A stretch of DNA of 64,000 bases from a virus: the IMG/VR virus record IMGVR_UViG_3300010149_000002, positions 14,842-78,841 of that record; one strand, given 5' to 3'. Positions 24,184 through 34,294 of the stretch are shown one piece after another. A program made the translations under genes and the position numbers. Numbering within the stretch: the stretch's first letter is position 1; the number at the start of each line of letters is the position of its first letter. The notes under the pieces are model-generated. The model had not been told where the DNA came from. It worked only from the letters and a program-made list of their open reading frames with translations, and did not search any database.

Positions 24184-26052
24184 TTGGATAAAAAAACTGT
24201 TAATTCTGTAAAAATTGCATCAGATGCTGTAGTTAACACGAAATACGCAAAATATGTACCATCTTTAATGAGAAGAGAGACTTGGGAAGAGATATGTTAT
24301 AGAAATAGAGACATGCACTTAAAGAAGTTCCCACAATTACATTCTGAAATTTTAAATGTATATAATAATTTTGTAATACCTAAAAAAGTATTACCTAGTA
24401 TGAGATCGGCACAGTTTGCAGGAAAACCTGTTGAACTATCTCCTAATAGAGTTTATAACTGTTGTTACCTTCCTATTGACGATTATAGAGCCTTTTCTGA
24501 GACAATGTTTCTTTTGCTTGGTGGAACTGGTGTAGGGTACTCTGTTCAAAACAACCATGTCTCTAACTTACCTAGTATAACTAAGCCTACAAAGAAAAGA
24601 AGATACGTTGTCGGAGATTCGATAGAAGGTTGGGCAGATGCTATAAAAGCCCTAATGAAAGCATATATGAGGGGAAGGAGTTTACCTTTATTTGACTTTT
24701 CTGATATTAGAGAAAAAGGTGCTCCTTTAATTACTAGTGGTGGTAAGGCTCCCGGTCCTGCAGGTTTAAAGGAATGTCTTTTTAAGATGCAACAACTACT
24801 TGACACAAAAGATCATGGGGATCAGTTAACTTCTTTAGAGGTTCATGATTTAATATGTTATATTGCCGATGCCGTTCTAACAGGGGGTATTCGTAGAGCT
24901 GCTCTAATTTGTTTATTTGATCTAAACGATGACTCTATGTTGACTTGCAAATTTGGTAATTGGTGGGAGCTTAATCCTCAACGTGGTAGAGCTAATAATA
25001 GTGCTGTTATTAAAAGAGGTAAAATCACAAAAGAAAAGTTTATGGAATTATGGGAAAAGATAGAAGCAAGTGGAAGTGGGGAACCCGGATTTTACTTTAC
25101 AAATAACACAGATTGGGGTACTAATCCATGTTGTGAAATAGCATTAAGACCTTTTCAGTTTTGTAACTTAACTGAGATAAATGCTAATGATGTTAAGGAC
25201 CAAAAAGATCTAGAAGATAGAGCTAAAGCTGCTGCATTTTTAGGAACACTACAAGCAGGTTATACAGATTTTCATTACATCAGAGACATTTGGAAAAGGA
25301 CAACGGAAAAAGATGCACTATTAGGAGTTAGTATGACAGGTATTGCATCTGGTGCTGTTTTAAATTTAGATCTAGAAGAAGCCTCTAATGTTGTTAAACT
25401 AGAAAACAAAAGAGTTTCAGAACTTATTGGAATTAAACCTGCTAGTAGAACTACATGTGTTAAACCTGCAGGAACTACAAGTCTTGTAATTGGCTCTAGC
25501 TCAGGTATACATGCTTGGCACGATCCTTACTTTATTAGGAGAATGAGAGTTGGTAAAAACGAAGCCATTTACTCATACTTAGCAGAAAATCATCCAGAAC
25601 TTATTGAAGATGAGTATTTTAAACCAAAAGAACAGGCGGTTATATCTATCCCTATGAAAGCCCCAAGCGGCTCTATATTTAGAAATGAATCTCCTATAGA
25701 GTTATTAGAAAGAGTTAAAAAGTTTTCTACTCAGTGGGTTAAAACAGGTCACATAGATGGGGACAATACTCACAATGTATCTGCTACTGTTAGTATTAAA
25801 AAAGGCGAATGGAAAGAAGTGGGAGATTGGATGTGGAACAACAGACAATATTATAACGGACTAAGCGTACTTCCATTTCATGGTGGGTCGTATAAACAAG
25901 CTCCTTTTGAAACCATAAGTAAAGAAACTTACGAAGAAATGGTAGAGCATCTAAAAGAGGTTGATTTTACCAAAGTTGTTGAAAAAGAGGATAATACCGA
26001 CTTGTCTGGAGAAATTGCTTGCGGAGGCGGTGGAGGAACTTGCGATATTTAG
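24184..26052 (+). CDS. nrdJ: Class II (adenosylcobalamin-dependent) ribonucleotide reductase
   Basis: TNPCCEI, FCNL, CVKPAGT, C-terminal C-(G)n-xC pair; no beta subunit nearby; TTG start after AAGGAG. Confidence 0.9.
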   Translation: MDKKTVNSVKIASDAVVNTKYAKYVPSLMRRETWEEICYRNRDMHLKKFPQLHSEILNVYNNFVIPKKVLPSMRSAQFAGKPVELSPNRVYNCCYLPIDDYRAFSETMFLLLGGTGVGYSVQNNHVSNLPSITKPTKKRRYVVGDSIEGWADAIKALMKAYMRGRSLPLFDFSDIREKGAPLITSGGKAPGPAGLKECLFKMQQLLDTKDHGDQLTSLEVHDLICYIADAVLTGGIRRAALICLFDLNDDSMLTCKFGNWWELNPQRGRANNSAVIKRGKITKEKFMELWEKIEASGSGEPGFYFTNNTDWGTNPCCEIALRPFQFCNLTEINANDVKDQKDLEDRAKAAAFLGTLQAGYTDFHYIRDIWKRTTEKDALLGVSMTGIASGAVLNLDLEEASNVVKLENKRVSELIGIKPASRTTCVKPAGTTSLVIGSSSGIHAWHDPYFIRRMRVGKNEAIYSYLAENHPELIEDEYFKPKEQAVISIPMKAPSGSIFRNESPIELLERVKKFSTQWVKTGHIDGDNTHNVSATVSIKKGEWKEVGDWMWNNRQYYNGLSVLPFHGGSYKQAPFETISKETYEEMVEHLKEVDFTKVVEKEDNTDLSGEIACGGGGGTCDI

Positions 26053-26053
26053 G

Positions 26054-26082
26054 TTGACATAATTAAGCTCTTTTATTATAAT
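26054..26082 (+). promoter_or_regulatory. Sigma-70 promoter
   Basis: TTGACA-17-TATAAT upstream of an HNH gene. Confidence 0.7.
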
Positions 26083-26099
26083 ATAAAATAGGAGGGCTT

Positions 26100-26543
26100 A
26101 TGTCATTTAAGATTATAGAAAAAGATCCTTACAATTCAAAAAAAAGATTTAAGTTACTGATTAAGTCAGCTAAAAAAAGAAATATATCAGTAAACTTTAG
26201 TTTAGATCATTACAGAGATCTTTTAAAATTAGGATGTATATACTGTGGTGTCAATGTGAAAAAAGAACAAGGCTATTGTATAGATAGACACGATAACTCT
26301 AAAGGTTATTTATTAGACAATGTTGCAACTTGTTGTAAAATATGTAACAGAGCAAAAGGAACTATGGATAATAATGATTTTTTAGATTGGGTAAAAAGAG
26401 CATATAAGTTTCAAGAGGGTATGTTTGAAAAGGCAAAAAAACATAGTTATACTGAGTTACAGTTTAAGAAGGATTTAAAAAGATTAGAAAACGGATCTTA
26501 CTATAGAAACTCTAATGTAGAAAAAATAGAAGGTAATAGATGA
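26100..26543 (+). CDS. HNH endonuclease
   Basis: CIYCG, IDRHDNSKGY..DNV..CCKICNRAK. Confidence 0.8.
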   Translation: MSFKIIEKDPYNSKKRFKLLIKSAKKRNISVNFSLDHYRDLLKLGCIYCGVNVKKEQGYCIDRHDNSKGYLLDNVATCCKICNRAKGTMDNNDFLDWVKRAYKFQEGMFEKAKKHSYTELQFKKDLKRLENGSYYRNSNVEKIEGNR

Positions 26544-26847
26544 TATGTAAATTTATAAAAAAACTATTTGGACTTGACAAAAAACCCAATCCTGATTTAC
26601 AATGGTTAGAGGACAAGGTAAAAGAGTCTGAGGACAAATTGGAGAATATTGAAAATGAAGAAGTTACTATTGATGATGTTAACGACCATTTTAATAAGTA
26701 GTTGCATGGATGTAGACAACACTTTACTTATGATAAATAATGGTGTTAAAAAATGCGGATGCGTTGCATATACTTTAAAAAAAGATAAAACCATTTTAGG
26801 AAGTTTTGTAACATGTAGCACAAATGAATATAACAAAAAGGATAGAG

Positions 26848-27186
26848 ATGTTAAAAGTATTGGTAATTGTCTCCTTTCTCCTTAATAACTCTTTTGCACA
26901 GTCTACAATACTCAATAAAGGCGATACAGCACCTTATACTGGTGTCCTATTGACCAAGGAACGTGCAGAAAAGGCTATGAAGGCAGAGAAGGCTAAGATA
27001 GTCCTAGAAGACCTCAGATTCACTCAGGAGCGTTTAATAAAGTATCACAAGGATGATGCATCACTACAGCGTAAAAAGCTCTCACAAGAGAAATTTAAGA
27101 GTAATATATACAACATTGGGTACTTTGTGCTTGGCGTTGTTTTAGCAAGCTATGCATTTAAAATTCAACAGGAGATAAACAGATGA
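26848..27186 (+). CDS. Secreted/membrane coiled-coil protein (possibly spanin-like)
   Basis: Signal-like N-terminus, coiled coil, C-terminal TM. Confidence 0.5.
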   Translation: MLKVLVIVSFLLNNSFAQSTILNKGDTAPYTGVLLTKERAEKAMKAEKAKIVLEDLRFTQERLIKYHKDDASLQRKKLSQEKFKSNIYNIGYFVLGVVLASYAFKIQQEINR

Positions 27187-27515
27187 TAACATTTTTAGCA
27201 ATTTCAACATTAACATTAGGCATTTTATCTATATATCTAATAAAATGCATTATAGTGGAAAGAGAGTTTTCATCAGACTCTTTATATGAAGCTGATAACT
27301 TAAAAGAAAAAATAGACGCTATTGAAATGGCTAATAATGCTTTTAGAAAAGAGTTTGATAATATAAAAGAAACCGTAGTAAAAGAAAAGGCAGTTAGAAA
27401 ACAAGCACAATCTCTACTTAGATCACAAAATGAGTTTTTTAGAGGTGTTATGTATGATACTCAAAACAATACTATTGTATTAGCTGAAAATTTAGAAAGA
27501 ATTGGAGAACTTTAA
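27183..27515 (+). CDS. Membrane-anchored coiled-coil protein
   Basis: N-terminal TM. Confidence 0.6.
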   Translation: MITFLAISTLTLGILSIYLIKCIIVEREFSSDSLYEADNLKEKIDAIEMANNAFRKEFDNIKETVVKEKAVRKQAQSLLRSQNEFFRGVMYDTQNNTIVLAENLERIGEL

Positions 27516-27754
27516 TGAGTGAAGATATTAGAATGGAGAGATTATTAGAATTACTAGAAGAGCTTAATGAGCTATTTCCGGGGATGGATAAGATGATTAT
27601 CAATGACTCATCTGACCCTGATTACATTATACTAGCAACAACAGAGTATCTAAATACAATGGCAGATGCCTTTGGTATTTCAGATGAATTTGAAGAGGTT
27701 GCTGACTTTCCAGAAGAATACCCAGACCTTCCTAAAAAGAAGAAGCTTCAATGA
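27515..27754 (+). CDS. Hypothetical acidic protein
   Basis: Coupled ORF. Confidence 0.65.
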   Translation: MSEDIRMERLLELLEELNELFPGMDKMIINDSSDPDYIILATTEYLNTMADAFGISDEFEEVADFPEEYPDLPKKKKLQ

Positions 27755-27939
27755 AAAAGAGTGAATTTATACAACAAATTGCTGAATACCTTCGAGATAG
27801 AGAAAACGAGTACTCTCCAGAAGATCAAGCTAAAGAATTGTTTGATTTTATAGATAAACATATGATGCCAAGGAATATGATAAAAGTTGATCTATTTGAT
27901 AGATATGATAACGGTTGGAAGCCGGAGAGTGACAATTGA
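27751..27939 (+). CDS. Hypothetical protein
   Basis: Coupled ORF. Confidence 0.6.
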   Translation: MKKSEFIQQIAEYLRDRENEYSPEDQAKELFDFIDKHMMPRNMIKVDLFDRYDNGWKPESDN

Positions 27940-28160
27940 TTATATATAGCAAAAAGTATAATGAAACATCACATTGCAGGATATCCATGTTATTACCCGA
28001 AATTACGTTCTGTAAAGAGTTAAGCAATATATATGGCGATAGTGTATCAATAAAAAAAGTTTCATTCCCTACATTTTTCTCTTTGACAACAAATAGTATT
28101 TATATTAACATAGGTATAAGTGTTCTAGGTTTCGGTCTTAGAGTGCAAATGGTAGAATAG
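27936..28160 (+). CDS. Hypothetical protein
   Basis: Coupled ORF (TTG start). Confidence 0.5.
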   Translation: MIIYSKKYNETSHCRISMLLPEITFCKELSNIYGDSVSIKKVSFPTFFSLTTNSIYINIGISVLGFGLRVQMVE

Positions 28161-28168
28161 GAGTTACG

Positions 28169-29125
28169 ATGAGTAAACGAATTAAATGGACTGACAAGAT
28201 GGTAAATATGTTGTTGGATATGTATGATGGTCATACTTACGATGAAATTGCCAAAAAGATCAGTAAGAAGTTTAAGGTAAAGGTTACGTCTAACGGAGCT
28301 AGAAAAGCACATGAAAGGTACAGACTAGACATTTTAGATAAGCAGAAAAAAAGCGATGGACCAAGGATGTTAGTGATTGACATTGAGACTAGCCCTATCT
28401 TAGCTAGAATCTGGAGTCTATGGAGTACGTTTACAGCACTTAACCAAATAGATGTAGATTGGCATTTAATGAGTTTTGCTGCCAAGTGGTATGACAGTGA
28501 TGAAATCATTTACATGGATCAAAGTAAAGAAAAAGACATTACTAACGATAAAAAGATGCTTAAAGTAATTTGGAAGCTTTTAGATGAAGCAGACATTGTT
28601 ATTACCCAAAATGGTAAGAAGTTTGACACAAAAAAAATCAATGCAAGATTTGTAATGAATGGTATGCAGCCTCCAAGTTCTTATAGAAACATTGATACAT
28701 TTTTGATTGCAAAGAGACACTTTGGATTTACTTCAAATAAATTAGAGTATATGACAGACAAACTATGTACCAAGTATAAAAAGCTTAGTCATGGTAAATA
28801 TCCCGGAAATAAGCTTTGGGAAGAATGTCTTAAAGGTAACATGGATGCTTGGGCAGAAATGGAAGAATATAATAAATACGATGTTTTATCCCTTCAAGAG
28901 CTTTATGATGTTCTAGTACCTTGGGACGATAGAATTAATTTTACAGTTTACTTTGAAGATGATAGATGCTCATGTGGTTCTACTGATCTTAGGAAAAATG
29001 GAATATACTATACAAATGCAAATAAGTATCAAAAGTATAAATGTAAAGACTGTGGAAAAGAGTATAGAGATCGTAAAGCAATAAAGTCTGATAAAAGACT
29101 AAGGACTACCAACAAGAGAGGTTAG
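28169..29125 (+). CDS. RNase H-like (DEDD) 3'-5' exonuclease with N-terminal HTH and C-terminal Zn ribbon
   Basis: DIETSP, QNGKKFD, YNKYDV; CSCG...CKDCG. Confidence 0.85.
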   Translation: MSKRIKWTDKMVNMLLDMYDGHTYDEIAKKISKKFKVKVTSNGARKAHERYRLDILDKQKKSDGPRMLVIDIETSPILARIWSLWSTFTALNQIDVDWHLMSFAAKWYDSDEIIYMDQSKEKDITNDKKMLKVIWKLLDEADIVITQNGKKFDTKKINARFVMNGMQPPSSYRNIDTFLIAKRHFGFTSNKLEYMTDKLCTKYKKLSHGKYPGNKLWEECLKGNMDAWAEMEEYNKYDVLSLQELYDVLVPWDDRINFTVYFEDDRCSCGSTDLRKNGIYYTNANKYQKYKCKDCGKEYRDRKAIKSDKRLRTTNKRG

Positions 29126-29127
29126 TT

Positions 29128-29652
29128 TTGACTGAAAAGAACAAAAACATAATAAACCTCATTGGTGATATTGATGATGATTTTTTTAGAAAACTTGCAG
29201 TTGGTATTAGTGAAGCAAACCAAAAAAAAGATTTAGAGATAGTTTTAATGAGTGATGGTGGAAGTGTAAGTGTGGCAAGAGGTGCATACGACCTCATCAG
29301 GACATTTGAAAGTAATGTTTACATAAAATGTTTTGGTGAGGTTTCATCCTCTGCAACATTGGTCCTACAAGCCGCAGATTTCCGTATAATGTATCCTAAT
29401 GCAAAACTAATGATACATGTCGGGGAAAATGGCGGAGGAGGCTCAGGGCATCCTCGTAACGATGAGAGGCTTCAAGAACAGAACAAGATAGATGAGACTT
29501 GGATGGAAGATATATACCTTAAAAAAATAAGAGAAAAAAAGCCAAGATTCACTAGGAAAAAGATAAAAGATATGTTAGAGTATGATACATACCTAAATCC
29601 AAAGGAGTCTTTGGAGTTTGGTTTAATTGACGAAATAGGAGTTGTTAAATGA
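29128..29652 (+). CDS. ClpP-like serine protease
   Basis: SDGGSV, VSSSAT (Ser), LMIH (His), FGLIDEI. Confidence 0.8.
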   Translation: MTEKNKNIINLIGDIDDDFFRKLAVGISEANQKKDLEIVLMSDGGSVSVARGAYDLIRTFESNVYIKCFGEVSSSATLVLQAADFRIMYPNAKLMIHVGENGGGGSGHPRNDERLQEQNKIDETWMEDIYLKKIREKKPRFTRKKIKDMLEYDTYLNPKESLEFGLIDEIGVVK

Positions 29653-30023
29653 TGAAGTGTGTAATTACAAGCGAAGAGACAAAGAATAAGACAAATAACT
29701 TTCCTTTATCTAGAAAAGGTAGGCTAATGTTGATTGACATTACAAATAGATATAATGATAAACTAAAAGACAAGTTTATAGAGAGTTTTATTGAAAAGTC
29801 TGGTAATGAATCAGAAGAAACTATAAAAGCAGTATCTAAGTTAGCACCCAAGATGAGTAAACACGACATGTTAAAGATGCTTGATAAAGAGTCTGAGGAA
29901 GATTTGTTTGCAAAGTTTGATAATGTTGAAGAAGATAAACCCGCATTTGAAAAAGCAGTTGATGCTAAGTTAGAACAAAATAAAAAAGAAGCAGATTTAA
30001 TTGAGGAATCTAATGACCAATAA
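29649..30023 (+). CDS. Hypothetical protein
   Basis: Coupled ORF. Confidence 0.65.
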   Translation: MMKCVITSEETKNKTNNFPLSRKGRLMLIDITNRYNDKLKDKFIESFIEKSGNESEETIKAVSKLAPKMSKHDMLKMLDKESEEDLFAKFDNVEEDKPAFEKAVDAKLEQNKKEADLIEESNDQ

Positions 30024-30834
30024 AATAGATCAAGCAGAACTTCTTGCAGATCAAGAGGACATGGGATTAGGGTTACATGAGGCTCCTGATAAACCACAAC
30101 ACTCTGGTAATGTAGCATTTTCTAAAGCTATGCTTGAATGTATACCTGATGAAGAAGTTCTACAGGAAGTTAAAGATAAGAATCCATTTCAATACAAATA
30201 TGAGGTTAAGGTAAAGAAAGTGCCTAAGAAGCTCAAGAATGTTGCAGGATTGAAAGAAGGTCTTATAGGTAGGGTTGTAGAGGTTCTAAGTGATAAAGCT
30301 GTTATGGTGGATTTCTGGACTAAGACAAGTCCTGCTAAGTTTCCTATGAGGAGTTTATATTTAGAGCTACATAAAACTAAAGAACAGGTTGAGATTGATG
30401 CAGGGATAATACCTGAAAAAGAGGTTATACAACCTATTAAAGAGGTTGAACCTGTTAAGGTTGCTCCTGTAAAGTTTGACCAAGGCAAACCTAGAATGGA
30501 TCTAATTAGACCTGAGTTTACATTAGCTATTGGAGAGGCTTTGGCATACGGTGCTGAGAAGTACTCTGAAAAGCAAGGTGAAATGCCTAACTATTTAAAA
30601 GGTAATGGCTTCAATTATAGTAAGATTGTAGGAAGCCTTGAAAGGCATCTTGCACAGTGGAAAATGGGAGTAGATATTGATGATGAAAGTGGATTACATC
30701 ATTTACAGTTAGCAGCAGCTAATTTACATTTTCTTTTAACTTATGAGTTGACCGATAAAGGGATAGATGATAGAGTTAAATTAGGATCTAAAAAAAGGAA
30801 GGCTAGTGAAGAAGGAGCCGAGAAAGGACTATAA
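30013..30834 (+). CDS. DUF5664-type dATP/dGTP diphosphohydrolase domain protein
   Basis: KFDQGKPRMDLI, YGAEKY, SLERHL, DDESGLHHL..AAANL. Confidence 0.8.
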   Translation: MTNKIDQAELLADQEDMGLGLHEAPDKPQHSGNVAFSKAMLECIPDEEVLQEVKDKNPFQYKYEVKVKKVPKKLKNVAGLKEGLIGRVVEVLSDKAVMVDFWTKTSPAKFPMRSLYLELHKTKEQVEIDAGIIPEKEVIQPIKEVEPVKVAPVKFDQGKPRMDLIRPEFTLAIGEALAYGAEKYSEKQGEMPNYLKGNGFNYSKIVGSLERHLAQWKMGVDIDDESGLHHLQLAAANLHFLLTYELTDKGIDDRVKLGSKKRKASEEGAEKGL

Positions 30835-31156
30835 AGACGGTGAGTTAAATAAACTTAAGCGTAGAGTAAAGCGTCTTGAAAAAGAAAACCAAAGACTAAA
30901 AAGTGAGAATAATGCATTTGAGCAAGCCTTTAAAAAGACGACTAAGTTTTTAGAAGACCATACAGAGGATATTAGTTTAGAGGACCTTATACAAGCTTCT
31001 AAGCAGGATAAAAATCTTAGAAAGGTTGAAAAGGAACATGTTGAGTCATTGTGTCCAAAGTGTTTAAATAAGCTTACACAGTTGCCTAAGTCTAGGGTGG
31101 GTGTTATTACCGTTTGTAAGAATTGTGAATATAGAAAAGTGGAAAAGAATGACTAA
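30806..31156 (+). CDS. Coiled-coil protein with C-terminal Zn ribbon
   Basis: CPKC...CKNC. Confidence 0.65.
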   Translation: MKKEPRKDYKDGELNKLKRRVKRLEKENQRLKSENNAFEQAFKKTTKFLEDHTEDISLEDLIQASKQDKNLRKVEKEHVESLCPKCLNKLTQLPKSRVGVITVCKNCEYRKVEKND

Positions 31157-31556
31157 AAAGAAATCATATGTACCCATTGGTAAAATTAAAAAGCATCTTA
31201 GAAGATTGAGTTTCCAACGTAAAGAGTATACTCAAGCTAAAAATAGAGCTAAGGTAGATAAAGCTGTTTTTAAGTGCGAGTCATGTGGTCAGCTAATGTA
31301 TGATGGTAAGAGTCAAAATTCATTTGACAAACTAAAAGAAAAGTACGATAGTATTATATGGGAGACACCTGATCTGGATCACAATAACGCTGTAGTCGAA
31401 CCTAAGCGTGGTTTCGTTACATGGGATGAATATCTCGATAGATTGTTTTGTGGACCTGATGATATGACTGTAATGTGTAAAGCTTGTCATAAAGGTGTTT
31501 CTAGAGAAGAAATGAACGAACGTAAAGAGGCAGGTAGCCTTAAGAGGAAGAAATGA
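31149..31556 (+). CDS. HNH-type endonuclease
   Basis: CESCG, LDH, CKACH. Confidence 0.7.
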   Translation: MTKKKSYVPIGKIKKHLRRLSFQRKEYTQAKNRAKVDKAVFKCESCGQLMYDGKSQNSFDKLKEKYDSIIWETPDLDHNNAVVEPKRGFVTWDEYLDRLFCGPDDMTVMCKACHKGVSREEMNERKEAGSLKRKK

Positions 31557-32266
31557 ACAACTATCAAGATAGATTTACTAGATTCCATGACAAGCCAACT
31601 GATGGTAGAAATCCTAGCTCTAATAATGGGTTTATATATACTGCGTATGCAAAACACATTGTACCTGATATGGTCGATCAGATGAAGATTACAGAATGTG
31701 TTCATAAATGTCTAGTAGATAAAAATAAGTTTCAAATTAATAGAAACCCTAATGATCCTACTCCTCCTCTCAGTAGGGATGAGGTAATGGGAATATTATC
31801 TATATATAAAAACACTGGTTATGGAGACTTGTTGTACAAGTGTCTAAAGTCTAATCATTGGAACTTTTGTAATCTACCTGAATACGAGAAAAAGCCATTA
31901 AACCTTAACAGAATCCTAACAGCAGCAGATATACTATATGACATTAAAGATGAACATAGAAATACGGTTTGGAAAGAGAATATGATAGATGCTTATCCAT
32001 TAGCATTTAGATTACCTCCAAGTGATATATACTACCTTAAAAGACTCTATGGTGATAAGCCAAATATGCTTGAGAGGCTTCATTTTTACGCTGAGACACT
32101 TCAAAGTGTTTATAAGGGTGATAAGTCAGGTAGAGTTATCACATGGCTTAAAATCAAGGATTTAGGCTTAGAGGACACATTTCTTGGAAAGAAGGTCATT
32201 GCAAGGGAAAAACAGTCATTTGAAGAATATCTTGGTAAAGAACATATATTGACAAAAAACATTTGA
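31553..32266 (+). CDS. Hypothetical protein
   Basis: 237-aa coupled ORF. Confidence 0.75.
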   Translation: MNNYQDRFTRFHDKPTDGRNPSSNNGFIYTAYAKHIVPDMVDQMKITECVHKCLVDKNKFQINRNPNDPTPPLSRDEVMGILSIYKNTGYGDLLYKCLKSNHWNFCNLPEYEKKPLNLNRILTAADILYDIKDEHRNTVWKENMIDAYPLAFRLPPSDIYYLKRLYGDKPNMLERLHFYAETLQSVYKGDKSGRVITWLKIKDLGLEDTFLGKKVIAREKQSFEEYLGKEHILTKNI

Positions 32267-32321
32267 CAACTAAATAAATTATGTGTAATATCTACATATG
32301 ATTTAACACATAGGAGATTTT

Positions 32322-33077
32322 ATGAAATTAATTTTATCGCTACTAATGGTTTGTAGCTTCTGTTTTGGAAAGGTAATCAATCTTACTGAAGAAAACAGCA
32401 TTAACTTTAACAATAAATTTGATGGTCAGTTTGTTGCTAAAAAACAAATTGAAGCAGCTAACAAATGTTATACAAACGAAGGTAGTGATATCTATGTTGT
32501 ATTATATACACCGGGGGGATCAGTACAAGCAGGTCAATTATTCTTTGATACTCTAAATGCTTTACCCTGTAACTTTCACACAATTACGATTTTCGCTGCC
32601 TCAATGGGATATCAAACAGTTCAAAATCTCAAGAATAGGTATATCCTACCGTCTGGAGTTTTAATGAGCCATAGAGCTAGTCTTAGCGGTGTAAGAGGTG
32701 AATTAGGAGGAGAGCTAGATAGTATCTTAGACTTCTTTAAACAAAGTATAAAAGAACTAGAAGTTACAGCATCTACTAGAGTTGGCATTAGTTTAGAAGA
32801 TTACCAAAAAGCAATTTCAGATGAACTATGGATGACAGGAAACCAAGCTGTAAACACAAAGCATGCAGATGAGGTTGTATTAGTTAAATGTGATAAAAAC
32901 TTTAAAGGTAGTTATGTACAGAAGTTTATGTCATTTTTTGGACCAGTAAACGTAGAGTTTGCTAATTGTCCTTTAATCGTATCTCCACTAAGTATTAAAA
33001 GCGGTAATCTTAAGATTATCAACCATGTAAATGATTTTTACACAAACATTCACAATTACATAACATTGGAGTTATAA
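32322..33077 (+). CDS. ClpP-like protease with N-terminal signal peptide
   Basis: MKLILSLLMVCSFCFG leader; TPGGSV, AASMG (Ser), LMSH (His), ADEV; own TTGACA promoter at about 32263. Confidence 0.75.
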   Translation: MKLILSLLMVCSFCFGKVINLTEENSINFNNKFDGQFVAKKQIEAANKCYTNEGSDIYVVLYTPGGSVQAGQLFFDTLNALPCNFHTITIFAASMGYQTVQNLKNRYILPSGVLMSHRASLSGVRGELGGELDSILDFFKQSIKELEVTASTRVGISLEDYQKAISDELWMTGNQAVNTKHADEVVLVKCDKNFKGSYVQKFMSFFGPVNVEFANCPLIVSPLSIKSGNLKIINHVNDFYTNIHNYITLEL

Positions 33078-33470
33078 TTGGCTGAACCAAGCTTAGAAGA
33101 ACTTTTATCTAAGATTGATGAAGCTGAACAAAAGCAGCAAAGGTCGGTCAAGAACGTAGACGAAAATAGCGTCAATAGGTTCATTTCAGATCTAGAAATA
33201 AAGACAGGGTTGGAACGGATTCCAACCTTTGTCATTTACTTTGCATACAAAAAGATATGGTTTAATAAGGTAAAGGACAAGAAGGTCAACAAAATAGTAT
33301 TCTTTAGAGCATTTAATAAATTATTTACACAGTTTAGAAGCAATAAACAAAGGTATTATTTACTTGACCCTACTCCTTTTGATCTTTCTAGAGAGGGGTT
33401 ATTAGAAGCAGAACATTTTGACAAAAGGTTAAAGAGTGGCAAGAAAGAAAAAGAAAAAAGTAAGAGGTAG
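33078..33470 (+). CDS. Hypothetical protein (possible winged helix)
   Basis: IYFAYKKIW...NKIVFFRAF pattern. Confidence 0.6.
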   Translation: MAEPSLEELLSKIDEAEQKQQRSVKNVDENSVNRFISDLEIKTGLERIPTFVIYFAYKKIWFNKVKDKKVNKIVFFRAFNKLFTQFRSNKQRYYLLDPTPFDLSREGLLEAEHFDKRLKSGKKEKEKSKR

Positions 33471-33987
33471 GTGGGATAATCTTAAGAAGAATAAGAATCT
33501 TAAGCTTAGACAAGACTATATAGATACTCATTACATTGACGGTATGAGATCAATTACTGGTAAAGGTAAAGGTATTAGAGCGTTAACTGAGGAAGAAAAA
33601 GATTGGTTAAATAAGTTCTATGGGGAGTATACAAATGCATCAGTTAATCATGAATCTTATGATGATCAGTTACATGACAACGAAGACTTGGTTAGGGATT
33701 GTTATGATAGAAATAATTCTAGGAATAGATGTGTTCTAAATAAAGGCAAGGCTATTAATACTGTTGATTTTAGGAGTTGGGGAGAGTTAGATCAGGACAC
33801 TATAGAAGATAGTAATTTGATTCAAGAGAGTTTAAATAATAGATTAGATAATTATGAGGATAAGTTAAAGGCTTTTAAAAGAGTTAGTAAGGTTTATCCA
33901 GATTTGTTTACAGAAGATGAGTTTATGAGTTACGACATAGAGCTTATATTTAACAAACTAAATAACTACGACTCCAAGTTTGACTAG
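33436..33987 (+). CDS. Hypothetical protein, last gene of the + arm
   Basis: ORF converging on the late region. Confidence 0.7.
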   Translation: MARKKKKKVRGRWDNLKKNKNLKLRQDYIDTHYIDGMRSITGKGKGIRALTEEEKDWLNKFYGEYTNASVNHESYDDQLHDNEDLVRDCYDRNNSRNRCVLNKGKAINTVDFRSWGELDQDTIEDSNLIQESLNNRLDNYEDKLKAFKRVSKVYPDLFTEDEFMSYDIELIFNKLNNYDSKFD

Positions 33988-34284
33988 ACCTCCAACTACT
34001 CCTACTACTGTAGCAAATATACCAAAATACTTTAATAATCTTTTTTGCATTTGTTTACCAATATGATATTCTTCTGCCATCTCTACAATATGTGGTAGTT
34101 TATTTAGAATAGGTTGTATCTCGTTTATAATCTTATTGTCACCTGCAACGTGTTGTTCTACCTTAGACATATGATGTCTTATATCAGTCTTAATTTCATT
34201 AACTTCCATTTTAACTTCCGTTACATCTTCTTTAACACTGTCAATTTTATCTTCCATTCTTTGGAATCTAACTTCGTTGCTCAC
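33958..34284 (-). CDS. Coiled-coil protein with C-terminal TM (XhlA/holin-like)
   Basis: Heptad N-terminus, hydrophobic C-terminus. Confidence 0.55.
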   Translation of the reverse strand: MSNEVRFQRMEDKIDSVKEDVTEVKMEVNEIKTDIRHHMSKVEQHVAGDNKIINEIQPILNKLPHIVEMAEEYHIGKQMQKRLLKYFGIFATVVGVVGGLVKLGVVVI

Positions 34285-34294
34285 CTTTATTCTC

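Noticed and set aside
30013-30834. Complete Z-base (2-aminoadenine) pathway
   Set aside because: No PurZ-like gene in the window
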